Source of the DNA: Nitrospirota bacterium | Lineage (GTDB): Bacteria > Nitrospirota > Thermodesulfovibrionia > Thermodesulfovibrionales > Dissulfurispiraceae | DNA: 64,000 bases | Assembly: GCA_963710375.1 (NCBI GenBank) | Contig: CAVPZX010000008.1 | Coordinates: 224,001-288,000 of the forward strand | Reading direction: 5' to 3' | Shown here: one piece after another, positions 9,178 to 19,561 of the stretch | How positions within the stretch are numbered: position 1 is the first letter of the stretch | Layout: each line of letters begins with the position of its first letter | Made by a program: the position numbers and the translations under genes | The notes under the pieces: generated by a model | What the model saw: the letters and a program-made list of their open reading frames with translations, nothing else | The model's database searches: none | What the model was told of the DNA's origin: nothing

Positions 9178-9933
9178 TTATGTTTTTTCATGCTGTGCCA
9201 GGAATGCATTCAGGCGGGCCTTGAGGAAGTAAGGGTTTACTCCGGCTTCGACTCCAAGGACACCCTCCAGAATCAGTTCTTTTATAAATACCTCTTCTTT
9301 AAGCCTGTTAATTATTTTCCTGCCCAACGGCAGAAAAATAAGGTTTGCGGACCCGACACCGTAAATTGTTGCAACAAAAGCAACAGCAATCCCATCGCCT
9401 ATCTTCGATGGTTCGGTAACATTCCTCATGACCTGTATAAGACCTAATACTGCGCCAAGTATGCCGATGGTCGGCGCATAGCCCCCTGCTGATTCAAAGA
9501 CTTTTGCTGCCTTCTTGCAGGTGTTCTCATACGTATAAATCTCCTGGAAAAGTATGTCCTTGATCATAGCAGGGGGGATCCCATCGATGACAAGGTTCAA
9601 ACCTTTACGCAGGAAATCATTGTCGATACTTTTGACCTGTGACTCCAGGGAGAGCAGGCCCATCTTCCTGGCCTTGACGAGAAGACCCAGGATTTCCTCA
9701 ATGACTTCTGAGGACGACGACGACCTGGCGCCGAAGACCATGCCTAATGCTTTAACGGCATTAAACATGTCCCTGATAGAAGAACTTAAAAGGGTTGCCC
9801 CCAGGGTACCGCCGAAAACGATAATTGCTGCAGCTGTCTGCACAAGATGGGCGGCATTGCCGCCCTCAACCATGTTGCCGCCGACAACAGCACCTATACC
9901 GAGAAGAATCCCCACAAATGCGGCTATATCCAT
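9178..9933 (-). CDS. motA: Second stator A subunit (MotA/MotC-like)
   Basis: ARKMGLLSLE, FESAGGYAPTIGILGAVLGLI, IAVAFVATIYGVGSANL. Confidence 0.92.
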   Translation of the reverse strand: MDIAAFVGILLGIGAVVGGNMVEGGNAAHLVQTAAAIIVFGGTLGATLLSSSIRDMFNAVKALGMVFGARSSSSSEVIEEILGLLVKARKMGLLSLESQVKSIDNDFLRKGLNLVIDGIPPAMIKDILFQEIYTYENTCKKAAKVFESAGGYAPTIGILGAVLGLIQVMRNVTEPSKIGDGIAVAFVATIYGVGSANLIFLPLGRKIINRLKEEVFIKELILEGVLGVEAGVNPYFLKARLNAFLAQHEKT

Positions 9934-10073
9934 TTCACAATCTTTCTCCGTTCATGTTTAATAACCAAACCGATGTAATTATATACTATTTTGAAAAAAA
10001 TTTTTCCACACAAACAGCAAAAAACAGCAGAAAACATCTCTGCTGTTCATGTCTTCAGCTTTTTGAGAGACTT

Positions 10074-10454
10074 TTAAACTTTGTTCCTGACCTCGACCCA
10101 GGCCTTCCTCAGGTTTTCGAGTAATCCGCTAATATGCATCAACTTGTCGGCGTCATAGTGGATATTTGCCAGTACAAGCTCTCTCATCATATAGTTATAA
10201 AGGTTGTGCAGGTTAACGGCGATTTCTCCTCCTGCCTCGAAATTCAGGCAGCGGTCGAGTTCAGTGATAATTGCCAACGTTCTTTTAATGTATTTAAGCT
10301 TTATCTGCAGGTTTTTAAGCTTGATGCCGGTAGCCGCTTTATTAAGATACTCAATGGCCCCATCGTACAGCATTATAATAGGGTCCAGAGGGTGGTCAAC
10401 CGATGCAACCTTGGCTTGTGAATATGAATTAAGGGCGTAAGCTGTATTGACCAT
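10074..10454 (-). CDS. fliS: Flagellar export chaperone FliS
   Basis: IIMLYDGAI, IITELDRCLNFEAGGEIAVNLHNLYNY, LRKAW. Confidence 0.95.
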   Translation of the reverse strand: MVNTAYALNSYSQAKVASVDHPLDPIIMLYDGAIEYLNKAATGIKLKNLQIKLKYIKRTLAIITELDRCLNFEAGGEIAVNLHNLYNYMMRELVLANIHYDADKLMHISGLLENLRKAWVEVRNKV

Positions 10455-12334
10455 TATATTACGCTCGTATTTCTATCATTTTGAGCTGTCTCTTGCGTCA
10501 GATAATTGCTGATACTGGCGTCGTTCGAAACCGTATTCTCAAGATCGCTATATTCGGTAGTGAGTGACTGTTGTGTAAAAGCCAGCTGCTGCGCCAGGTC
10601 GGTCTCCTGGCCTTGCGCAAACGATATCTGACTATTCACGTTCTGTTCCTCAGCAGGGACCGCAACATTTATATATTCGTTCAGTGCCGATCCAAGCTGA
10701 TTCGCAAAATTGTTGATCATGTTAGTTATATCGCCTGCATTCGCAGAGGTATACGCTGAACTCAATGCTGACGCATCGAATGACATAACACCGTTTTTGT
10801 CTGTTGTAATGCCAATGGCGGCAAGATAGTTATTTTGGATGTTGCTGCTGGCGCCGTATTGCGTAGTAGGGACAGCCTGCAACTGCTGCTGCAGGTTGAG
10901 CAATTCCGAATCGCCGTTCAGATATCCCTGACCCTCTTGTTGCTGAGCGCTGGTAGTCTGAGAAGTAACGGGATTATAGAGTCCGTTTATAGTGGTCATC
11001 GCAGAGTTGTAAGCTGTAACCAGCGACCCTAATTCGTTTGCAAGCGAAGAGCTGTCGAGTGATACATTAACTTTTAAATTAGCCGAACCCGGGGTCGTTT
11101 CAGCCTGCAAGAGGTTCAAGGTGACGCCTGGAATTGCGTCCGTGATAGTATTGTTCGGCCGGTACAGCGTGACTCCATTCACCGCCAGTTTGGCATCCAG
11201 GCCGGCCTGAGTTTGTGTCATATTTGCTGTTCCGCCACTGGGATTTCCTGTTGAATCATATGAGGAGGGATTGAAAGCAAGCACCGAAAGACCGAATTTA
11301 TCCGTATCGCTGTAATTATTACTGCCTGCCTCATCCACCTTCACAGTAATCCTGTTTGCCGTGCCGGTTGAATCCGACGTCAACGCCAATTGATACGTAC
11401 CGTTAACAGCATTAGTTCCGGTAAGTGTGCCGCCGTTCGCCGCAATGGTAGGTGATTGGACCCCTGATTCAAAGCCTAACTGCTGAGGCGCCAAAGTGCT
11501 GCCTGCCCAGTTGATGGTTACATTATTGGCAGGATCGTTATTCTTTATCGTAAATGAATTCGTCGCAGTAGTCCCATAATCAGCCGAGAATGTGTTTGCA
11601 GGTATAGCTCCACCGCCGTTGCTGCTTTTTGCCGCATTCATTGCGCTCGCAATTTCGGCAGCCATATCGGTGCTGGAATAATTCCCGGCGGCCAATGTTG
11701 CGGTGTAATTATAATTGTTGTATGAAAAGGAGATAGTATTATTTGCGACAGTATTATCGCTTCCATCATTAATTACATAATTCGACGACACCTGCTCAAC
11801 CGATGCATTGACACCTATATTGGCATTGTTGATAGCGGTTGCAATGCCTGAAAGGGAGTTGTTACCAGAAGTTACTGCTATGGTGGCTGACTGAGAGCCG
11901 TTCGTTATCTGCAAATTCTCTGAAGGGGCATCAACAGTCAAATCCGCAACAGGACCGGTCTGTGACCCGAAACTAATGGAACTAATGCTCTGGGCGCTCG
12001 CAATATTGTCAATCTGTACAGGTGTAGAGCCCGTGGTAGGGGTGCCGGAGGCTGTTGCAGTAAAATAGCTGCTGTTCGACGAGGCAGCCGACAGGCCTGT
12101 AGTAGTACTTTGCATTGCCGTAACAGCGCTTTGCAAACCCGAGATACCTGAAAGCAGCGCTCCATACGCGCTGATCGTTGTTTGATAGCCCGTTACCTTA
12201 TTCTGTAAAGCAATCAGAGGCTGCTCGTCCACCTGCATAAGCTCGCTTACGATAGTGTTTACATCGATGTTTGATGCTCCACCCAACCCAAAGGCTTGCA
12301 AAAGACTTGATACATTGATCGGACTCGTTGACAT
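10454..12334 (-). CDS. fliD: Flagellar filament cap protein FliD
   Basis: GLGGASNIDVNTIVSELM N-term, DAKLAVNGV...NTITDAIPGVTLNL, IGITTDKNG; lies between flaG and fliS; RBS GGAGGAG before ATG 12334. Confidence 0.92.
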   Translation of the reverse strand: MSTSPINVSSLLQAFGLGGASNIDVNTIVSELMQVDEQPLIALQNKVTGYQTTISAYGALLSGISGLQSAVTAMQSTTTGLSAASSNSSYFTATASGTPTTGSTPVQIDNIASAQSISSISFGSQTGPVADLTVDAPSENLQITNGSQSATIAVTSGNNSLSGIATAINNANIGVNASVEQVSSNYVINDGSDNTVANNTISFSYNNYNYTATLAAGNYSSTDMAAEIASAMNAAKSSNGGGAIPANTFSADYGTTATNSFTIKNNDPANNVTINWAGSTLAPQQLGFESGVQSPTIAANGGTLTGTNAVNGTYQLALTSDSTGTANRITVKVDEAGSNNYSDTDKFGLSVLAFNPSSYDSTGNPSGGTANMTQTQAGLDAKLAVNGVTLYRPNNTITDAIPGVTLNLLQAETTPGSANLKVNVSLDSSSLANELGSLVTAYNSAMTTINGLYNPVTSQTTSAQQQEGQGYLNGDSELLNLQQQLQAVPTTQYGASSNIQNNYLAAIGITTDKNGVMSFDASALSSAYTSANAGDITNMINNFANQLGSALNEYINVAVPAEEQNVNSQISFAQGQETDLAQQLAFTQQSLTTEYSDLENTVSNDASISNYLTQETAQNDRNTSVI

Positions 12335-12412
12335 ATGAGCTCCTCCAAACAAATATACGAGTTTAAGGGAAAATGAGCAGATGAGTAAAAGGCGATCAGC
12401 TCATTTATTATT

Positions 12413-12439
12413 CTATCGGCATATGGAGATTAATCTTTA
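12413..12439 (-). promoter_or_regulatory. sigma28 (FliA) promoter for fliD-fliS
   Basis: Minus strand TAAA-N15-GCCGATAG. Confidence 0.85.
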
Positions 12440-12443
12440 GCGT

Positions 12444-12815
12444 TTAAACTGTTATATGGAATAAATTCTTGGTTACCTGTTTTAATTCTTTCATCATCTC
12501 TATATAATCTTCGGGCGGGTACTGGGCCACTACTTTACCGGTAGCATCATAAAAACGCACTACAACACCATTATGGTCGTCAAGAGCAAGACCGCCTACT
12601 ATACCTGTAGGTTCCAGGTTTGAAGATGCATTAGCTTTGCCCATGTCCTGATTCTGATTGGACAGTGGATTGTTCTTAGCCGTACTTGTTGCCTGATTGC
12701 TCGCAGTTGGGCTGTTATTTGCCTGATTGCCAACAGCCGGCCCGCTATTACCCTGCAAGTCACTCTGGCTTGTTATACCTGGCATATTTAATGTTGTTGC
12801 CGGATCTATTATCAT
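12444..12815 (-). CDS. flaG: FlaG-family flagellar protein
   Basis: VVVRFYDATGKVVAQYPPEDYI...NLFHITV; position between fliC and fliD. Confidence 0.85.
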   Translation of the reverse strand: MIIDPATTLNMPGITSQSDLQGNSGPAVGNQANNSPTASNQATSTAKNNPLSNQNQDMGKANASSNLEPTGIVGGLALDDHNGVVVRFYDATGKVVAQYPPEDYIEMMKELKQVTKNLFHITV

Positions 12816-12895
12816 TCCACTTGCCTGTAATTATTATTGTATATTATACAACACAATACACCACAATGATAAATATGTCTTTACTCTTTTTTTAT

Positions 12896-12931
12896 CAGGG
12901 GTCCGTCCGCCGAGGCGGACGGACCGCCCTG
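12896..12931 (-). terminator. Strong GC-rich hairpin 3' of fliC (terminator or mRNA-stabilising stem)
   Basis: GGTCCGTCCGCC-GA-GGCGGACGGACC perfect inverted repeat; followed by an A-run rather than a U-run on the fliC strand. Confidence 0.6.
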
Positions 12932-12988
12932 TGTTTATACTTTCAAGCAGTTCTTACACTACACTGCTTGCAGCTCAATCCCTACTTC

Positions 12989-14521
12989 TTACGTCTTCGG
13001 CAGCAGCGTGAGTATATACTGTGGAAGCGTATTAGCCTGGGCAAGCATTGATATACCGGCCTGCTCAGTAATCAGGGCTGTTGTCAGGTTACTGGTCGAA
13101 GCCGCGTAGTCAGCGTCCATAAACGTCAACCTTGCAGCGGTGATATTCGTACTATCGCTCTGAAGCTCCGAAATAGCAGAATTGAACCTGTTTACAACAG
13201 CGCCGAGATAAGCTTGCGAGTTGTTCATCGTGTTAATTCCCTGCTCAACTGCGAGAATTGCGAGGTTTGCGCCGCCAACTGTGTTGATGTTAATGTTATT
13301 AATTGACTGGCTGTTAGCGAGTGAGATACTGGTTGCGGTAGAAGCAAGACCTAATGCAAGGTCATCCGCAGTGGCACCCTGAGTAGGCGTACTAGTCGTG
13401 CCCAGAGGAGTGCTGAAAACGATCTGCCCGTTCTGACCTGCAGCTATGCTCGCGCCAGCTGTGCTGAATATATTATTCGCCAACCCTGTGCTACCGGCAT
13501 CTGCTGTGGCAACCGATACGGTGATTGCAGCTCCTGAGGTGTTGACCAGAGCAATACTGTAACCGCTGGCGACCGATGTATCAGCACTTCCAAGAAGAAT
13601 AGCGGTTACCCCTGTCTGTGTAGTATCGGTATTGATTGCCGTAACAAGAGCGGAGGCCTCAGCACCTGCATCTGTTGTCAATATCGACGCTGAACCGATT
13701 GTGATACCATTGATAGTCAAATAACCGGCGCTTAAAGAGGTAGCAGCGCCATCAGCTATTGCCGCTGTGCCAGCATATGAATTACCAAAAGAGAATGCTG
13801 TGACATTGGTCTGGCCTGTATACTGGTTTATACGGTTAATAACGGTAAGGCTGTCATTCAGCGTATTAGACTGCGCAATAGCAGCACCCAGACTCACACC
13901 TGCAATAGTTGCGGCAGCAGATAAACCGTTTCCACGGAGAGTCATTGCTGCAACGGCACATCCGATATTAGACTGGTTAGCAGCTGAATTGGTAAAATCC
14001 ACCCTGGATGACTGTACGCCAAAAGCGTTTGGGGCCACATTTGTGGTGGTTACATTTATTATCTGTCCGACCTCGTTGCCGGTCTGGAAGTTGGCGCTGA
14101 AGGCCTGGTTCAGGAACGTTGACCCGTTATACTCGGTCTGGGAAACAGTGCTGTTCAACTGGGCGATGAGCTGTTGAACTTCGTCGTTCATGTCGCCTCT
14201 GTCAGATGATGTGTTATAACTTGCGGACTGGTTTGAAAGTTCATAAATTCTCTGCAGGTTATTCGTCATTCCAGTCATGGCGCCTTCCGCGGTCTGTGCA
14301 AAATCAACGCCGTTATTCGCGTTATTCACATCCTGGGCGTAACCATTGATCTGCAGCTGCATTCTTGTTGCAATAGCAAGACCGGCAGCATCGTCTGATG
14401 CATTATTGATCTTCAGGCCTGTTGAAAGTTGTTGCATAGCCTGACTAAGAGGCTGCTGGGTTGTTGAAAGTGCGTTCCGTGCATTAAGTGCAAATAGATT
14501 TGTTGCAATCGTGAGAGCCAT
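12989..14521 (-). CDS. fliC: Flagellin
   Basis: LSTGLKINNASDDAAGLAIA, QTAEGA, LGAVVNRF, DADYA, MLAQAN. Confidence 0.97.
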   Translation of the reverse strand: MALTIATNLFALNARNALSTTQQPLSQAMQQLSTGLKINNASDDAAGLAIATRMQLQINGYAQDVNNANNGVDFAQTAEGAMTGMTNNLQRIYELSNQSASYNTSSDRGDMNDEVQQLIAQLNSTVSQTEYNGSTFLNQAFSANFQTGNEVGQIINVTTTNVAPNAFGVQSSRVDFTNSAANQSNIGCAVAAMTLRGNGLSAAATIAGVSLGAAIAQSNTLNDSLTVINRINQYTGQTNVTAFSFGNSYAGTAAIADGAATSLSAGYLTINGITIGSASILTTDAGAEASALVTAINTDTTQTGVTAILLGSADTSVASGYSIALVNTSGAAITVSVATADAGSTGLANNIFSTAGASIAAGQNGQIVFSTPLGTTSTPTQGATADDLALGLASTATSISLANSQSINNININTVGGANLAILAVEQGINTMNNSQAYLGAVVNRFNSAISELQSDSTNITAARLTFMDADYAASTSNLTTALITEQAGISMLAQANTLPQYILTLLPKT

Positions 14522-14560
14522 TTTTTCCTCCTTGAAAAAATTGGTTTTTTTTTGCTATTT

Positions 14561-14575
14561 AGGGCATCCTGCCCT
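14561..14575 (-). promoter_or_regulatory. CsrA/RsmA-type hairpin in the fliC leader
   Basis: AGGGC-AGGAT-GCCCT (GGA in loop) ~40 nt before the start, plus CAAGGAGG at the SD and a second CAAGGAGG at ~14625-14632. Confidence 0.7.
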
Positions 14576-14675
14576 TTGGCGATTCAGCGTACAGCGTTGT
14601 GCCGTAAAAAAAGTCTCTTACTCACCTCCTTGATTGGTTTGCACATAAACCGCATGCTTTTTTCGCTTGTCTATT

Positions 14676-14702
14676 TTATCGGAGGTTATTTTAAAAACTT
14701 TA
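14676..14702 (-). promoter_or_regulatory. sigma28 (FliA) promoter for fliC
   Basis: Minus strand TAAAGTTT-N11-TCCGATAA. Confidence 0.88.
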
Positions 14703-14772
14703 ACAGGTGAAAAAAATATTCAGGGAGGGCCTGACTTTATAATAGAGATGCTTTCCGAATTACCTGTATTTC

Positions 14773-16777
14773 TTACACTTTCATCAAATCCCCTGCGTGA
14801 CGCAAGAAATCATCATCTTTGGGCAATTTACCTACCCACCTGGCAAAAAACTTAACCCTGTTCTTCCAATTCTCATCAGAGACATCTTCTCGAAAAAAAG
14901 TCTCTTTATAATTAAATGCAAGGCAACCAGACAGGTATCTGACAGGAATATTCAATTCTTTTGCCTTAAGGCATATATCCGGCTCAATAAGATGATTAGC
15001 TAACCCATCATCAAATTTACGAACAGATTCAAATATAGTTCTATGCATTCCGATCAATCCCCCGCCCACAGCCTCCTTATGATCGTTCAGCGTTAAGTCC
15101 TCTTTTATAAGGTACGGAGCAAAGTTAAAATCAAAACCTATGCCGAGACAATAGGGCGTCATGTCCCGGTTCTTTATCGGCACTCCAGCTATCCCGTCTT
15201 TCATGGCATTGTCTATCCCCTCGCCTTTAAAATAAACGAGGCCCGGCCTCATGAAGACCAGATATTCACCCGAAGATGCTTCAGCTCCGGTATTATAAAG
15301 ATGAGCAAGATTACCTTCAGCTTCGATAACTCTGACATCTCCTGAAATAGAGGAAAGCGTTTCCTTTATGGCTCTATCACTCGCCACAATTACAACTTCC
15401 CAATCCCTATGTTTCACATTTTGTGAAAGAGAGGTAAGAGTTGCGAGCAATGCCTCAGCATCACGCCCTGATGGGATAACAAAACTGACCCTGCCCTCAA
15501 CAAACTCCTTTCGGCCAATTCCAGCAGTTTTTTCTTTTTTTTGCCTGACTTCGAAAATATAACTTATAACGCCGGCAGCCCTTTCGACACTCCTGCCGTC
15601 GAGCTTGTAAAAATTCTCACTCAAGAATTCGCTTGTGCGGTTTTGTATGCCGGCCGGAACTCCATTCTCCATAGTGCTGATCAGGTTCGTCCAGTTGCCG
15701 ATAGGATAAACGGACTGGGCAATCCCTTCATTTACATAATAATCATCGCCCCCTGCGTCGGGATCGGGGACCGAAAACATGGGCTTGCCAAAAGCGACGG
15801 ACTCTATGGTAAGCGTAGTCTGCCCCAGAGTGACACAATAATCGGCAATGGCAATCAACCGGTAGGGATCGTATGATTGCATGATAACAGCAGAAGGGGC
15901 CAGTTCATTGATTATCTCTTTAATCTCGTCCGCGGTTTTTTTTGCTACATTCGGATGCCATTTAAAAATGCAGACTATATCCGTCTCTGTTCTTTCAGTT
16001 ACCTTCATTAAATTCTGCCATATCTCTTTTTCCTTGATGCCGGCAAATTTAATCCCTACCAGAAAAAGCACTACCTTCTTGTTTTCGGGGATGGCAAGAT
16101 CCCGCCTGATAGCTGTTCTCATTTCGGAATTCGCATACTCTTTGATAGCGGCATCGATATGAGTATTACCGATAGGAAACATCTTGTCCCTCGAACATGT
16201 GTATCCTGCCAACCGCTCTTTTGTCACCCTGCCCCAGAGCAGATCAGACTGTCGAATATTCCGTATGAACAGCATTGCCCATGGTGCGGGCATAATAATC
16301 GCCTTCCTGGAATGTGACAAAAGGAATCGCTTTCTTGAAGCATAGATGGCCCATTATCTTGCCCCAGCGTGAGCACTCGTGATGTGCAATAAACATGTCC
16401 GGCTTCTCTTCATCCATAAACATTTCCAGGCAAAAGTACTCTTCCACAGACTCTGCCAAAAGCCACGTTTGTTTACCCAAAGGCCATCGGCTATAACCCT
16501 GCCACTTGAAACAGTTGCCGGCCCACCCGTCGAACAATTCCCTCAAAGATGCGTTGACTTTATCCCTTATGTCCGGAGTCATATAATCAGAAAAGAATCT
16601 GTATTTCATTTTGCGCTTCATCATGTCAAGCTCATAAGGATATTCAGACAGCGGGGTAATAAACAGCAGTTCGCCGCCCTGCCTTTCTATTTCATTCTGC
16701 AGGGGGAGAAAAAATCTGGTATGTTGTGGAAGGGCTAGAAAACAAGCTATCCTTCTTCTTTTCATGTTCAGTGTCAT
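14773..16777 (-). CDS. Two-domain glycosyltransferase-like protein (GT-B-like N-term + GT2-like C-term), copy 1; +1 frameshift at ~16248
   Basis: ORFs 16244-16777 and 14773-16320 join to ...HTEYSTADLLWG..., matching paralog HTEYSTANLLWG; FKWHP, VSFVIPS...WEVVIV motifs. Confidence 0.75.
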
Positions 16778-17944
16778 TTCCTTAGAAGCGCCTTGATTAT
16801 GTCCGCCATGCCTTCTGTCTCTTGCTTTCTTTCATAAGCCGCCTTAAGCGAATGCGCCAGATCCCCGGGGCTATTTATAAAAGTAACCCCATCAACGTCA
16901 GGCATTTGTCCATTACGGGGATTATACACCCATGCCTCTTTTCCGTTTTGGGCCGCAAATTGGACCGGACCTATATAGGTAGGAGATATAATCACATCCG
17001 ATATCATAACGACGGGCACCAAACTCGCTGTTTCAACCAAAAAAAATCTGCACTTTATCTTTTTAATATCCTCGAAGAAGACCCCCTCTATTATTTTATC
17101 CTCCATCAGTTCACGAATGACAAACCCACGCTTGACTAATGAAAGCACCACGGGCAGCTTCGCAGCCGCGATAATCCTGAACACCTCTCTCAACTGGGGT
17201 CTGTACTTGGGATGATTATACACCACAATACCCAGTTCGGCCCGACTTATTTGTATCTCAGAATTATACATATTGTTCTTATAGGCATCTTCAATAGTGG
17301 ACAATGAATAGATGTCCATGTCATTTTCCAAAACCCGTATTTTCTCAGGCGCATTGCCCCTTTCTACATAAAAGTCCTTTTCGTATTCCTTCTTGACTAT
17401 AATGGCATCCAGCAACCGCGGCATAAGCTGATTACTTTCAAAAACAGGATAAACCTGATATCCTACCACTTTTATCCCCGCCTCCTTGGCGTTGAAAAGC
17501 AGTGTAGTATAAAAAACATCTGCATCGTCGGGAGTAGTTTCATCGTAGTTGATTACAGGGAATAAGACCATATCGGCATCCAGATTCGTGGCCCCTTCGA
17601 AGGCATAGCTGGATATATGGCCCCAGAAGTCGTCAAATGCCGCTGTCTTCCACAATTTCAAATCTGTGCCCGGCAGGACCATATCATATGTGTACCTCAC
17701 AAATATTTTAGAAAAGTCATTTCTGAGGTCATAGGTCACGGGCTGGAGTTTCCCTTCGATAAGCTTTATATGAAGATTGGGAGGAATAGCGCCGAGCTTT
17801 TTATGGATATCATCGTATACTTCTTTTGAAATCGTCATTAACTCCACGATAAAATTCTTTGAAAGGTCACTCAGCATCCAGCCTGATCCTTCCCATAATT
17901 GTAGAATAATCCCTGTCGCAAATCGGAAACAACAATTTTTTCAT
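16774..17944 (-). CDS. Uncharacterised GT-B-like protein, copy 1; +1 frameshift at ~17882
   Basis: ATG at 17944 gives MKKLLFPICDRDYSTIMGRI, matching paralog 44529-45704 (MKKLLFPVSERDYFATSGRI); continues in ORF 16774-17877. Confidence 0.7.
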
Positions 17945-18507
17945 GAATCCGCCATATCATTTCTCAGGGTTTCTGCCTTGGTCATTACATCAAATGCCTT
18001 TTTAATCCTCTCGCTTCCCGTGGCCTTGCAAAGCTTCTGAACAATATCCCTGATTTTTGCATATTCAACAGAATACCTTGAAGCCATGGGGAGGAGAGTG
18101 CCGTAAATCTCATCCATGACGCCCTCATGGATATATTTATAATTGAACTGTTCGTTGTCCCCTTTATCCACAGACAGTAAATAATGGATTATCGTTTCGA
18201 GCATCTCGTCAAATCTTTTCATATCCAGCAAGAGCAAAGATTTAACAAACAGAAGATCTGCGTGCTCCTTCTTGACCGCAAGCCCTTCTTCAACATACCG
18301 CGCAGCATTTTCAAAGTCTCTGTTTTCGACAAGAAGGAATGCAAGAGTCGAGAGGATGCTCAAATATATATTATTTTTCTCGTTCTTTTCGTGATCGGGG
18401 ACCTGTGATAGCGCCATTGATAACGCCTCAATTGCAGCATCTTTCTGCCCAAGTTTCAAATATGACAGGGCGAAATCATAATTGGCCTTGTACGGTTTCT
18501 CGCTCAT
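17941..18507 (-). CDS. TPR-repeat protein
   Basis: Helical TPR-like repeats (ANYDFALSYLKLGQKDAAIEAL; ARYVEEGLAV..HADLLF); start at 18507 just after the pseI stop. Confidence 0.75.
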   Translation of the reverse strand: MSEKPYKANYDFALSYLKLGQKDAAIEALSMALSQVPDHEKNEKNNIYLSILSTLAFLLVENRDFENAARYVEEGLAVKKEHADLLFVKSLLLLDMKRFDEMLETIIHYLLSVDKGDNEQFNYKYIHEGVMDEIYGTLLPMASRYSVEYAKIRDIVQKLCKATGSERIKKAFDVMTKAETLRNDMADS

Positions 18508-18511
18508 GGAT

Positions 18512-19561
18512 TCACTCCCGAACAAATACCCATTGCATCGGTGTTCCTTTTTTAATATCCCTGTTGACTTTCCTGCCGAGTATATCACTCAGGAATTTAG
18601 GATGCAAGCCAAAGCCCGGTCTTATCGACCTTACATTCTCAACGGTTATTGTTTCTCCATCCACTATGTCTTTTACTGCAAAAAGAGAGCGGGCAAACTC
18701 CCTGCTCTTTTTAGTTTTCTCAGATAGTGCATAATTTACGATGCCCAACGCCTTTTCCACATCTCTCACGGCTTTTACCATTGACCTGAACTCTTCCGGC
18801 TCCAGGGAAAATGCAGCATCCGGCCCCCCTGAATTCCTGTCCAGTATAAAATGTTTCTCCAATATGCTTGCGCCGAGCGCCACTGACGCGGCGGGAACGG
18901 AAATACTGATTGAATGATCGGACAGCCCGACAACCGTCTTGAAAGTTTCGGCCAAATTCGGGATAGTCCTCAGATTCATCTCTTCCAGAGGCGCGGGATA
19001 GGCGGAAGTGCACTTCAGCAAGGCGACCTGTTCATTCCCCATTCTTTTACAAGCGTTTACAGCCTCTTCAATATCGCAAAGGGTCGCTATTCCGGTCGAG
19101 ATAATTACCGGTTTGCCTTTTGACGCAATGTGTTCGATGAGGGGGACGTCAGTTATTTCAAATGAGGCAACTTTGTAAGCTGGAACATCCATGCGCTCCA
19201 GAAAATCAACTGCGGTATTGTCGAACGGTGATGAAAAACAAAGCAGGCCGATATCTTCTGCCACCTTTTTTAATTTCGGCTGCCACTCCCAGGGAGTGTA
19301 TGCCTCACGGTAAAGCTGATAAAGAGTCTTGGAGTCCCATAAGGTACCGTGCTTTATCTGAAAATACTCATTATCGCAGTTTATAGTAATCGTATCGGGC
19401 GTGTAAGTTTGCAGCTTTATCGCGTCTGCACCAGCCTCTTTTGCAGCTTTTATTGTTTCCACTGCCAGATCGAATTTATGATTATGGTTCGCTGATAGTT
19501 CAGCGATTATGAATACAGGGCTGCCCTCGCCAATGTTTCTTTGAGATATTTTAAGATTCAT
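18512..19561 (-). CDS. pseI: Pseudaminic acid synthase (NeuB family, SAF domain)
   Basis: FIIAELSANH, AIKLQTYTPDTIT, AYTPWEW, KCTSAYPAP, GLSDH, RSIRPGFGL. Confidence 0.93.
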   Translation of the reverse strand: MNLKISQRNIGEGSPVFIIAELSANHNHKFDLAVETIKAAKEAGADAIKLQTYTPDTITINCDNEYFQIKHGTLWDSKTLYQLYREAYTPWEWQPKLKKVAEDIGLLCFSSPFDNTAVDFLERMDVPAYKVASFEITDVPLIEHIASKGKPVIISTGIATLCDIEEAVNACKRMGNEQVALLKCTSAYPAPLEEMNLRTIPNLAETFKTVVGLSDHSISISVPAASVALGASILEKHFILDRNSGGPDAAFSLEPEEFRSMVKAVRDVEKALGIVNYALSEKTKKSREFARSLFAVKDIVDGETITVENVRSIRPGFGLHPKFLSDILGRKVNRDIKKGTPMQWVFVRE

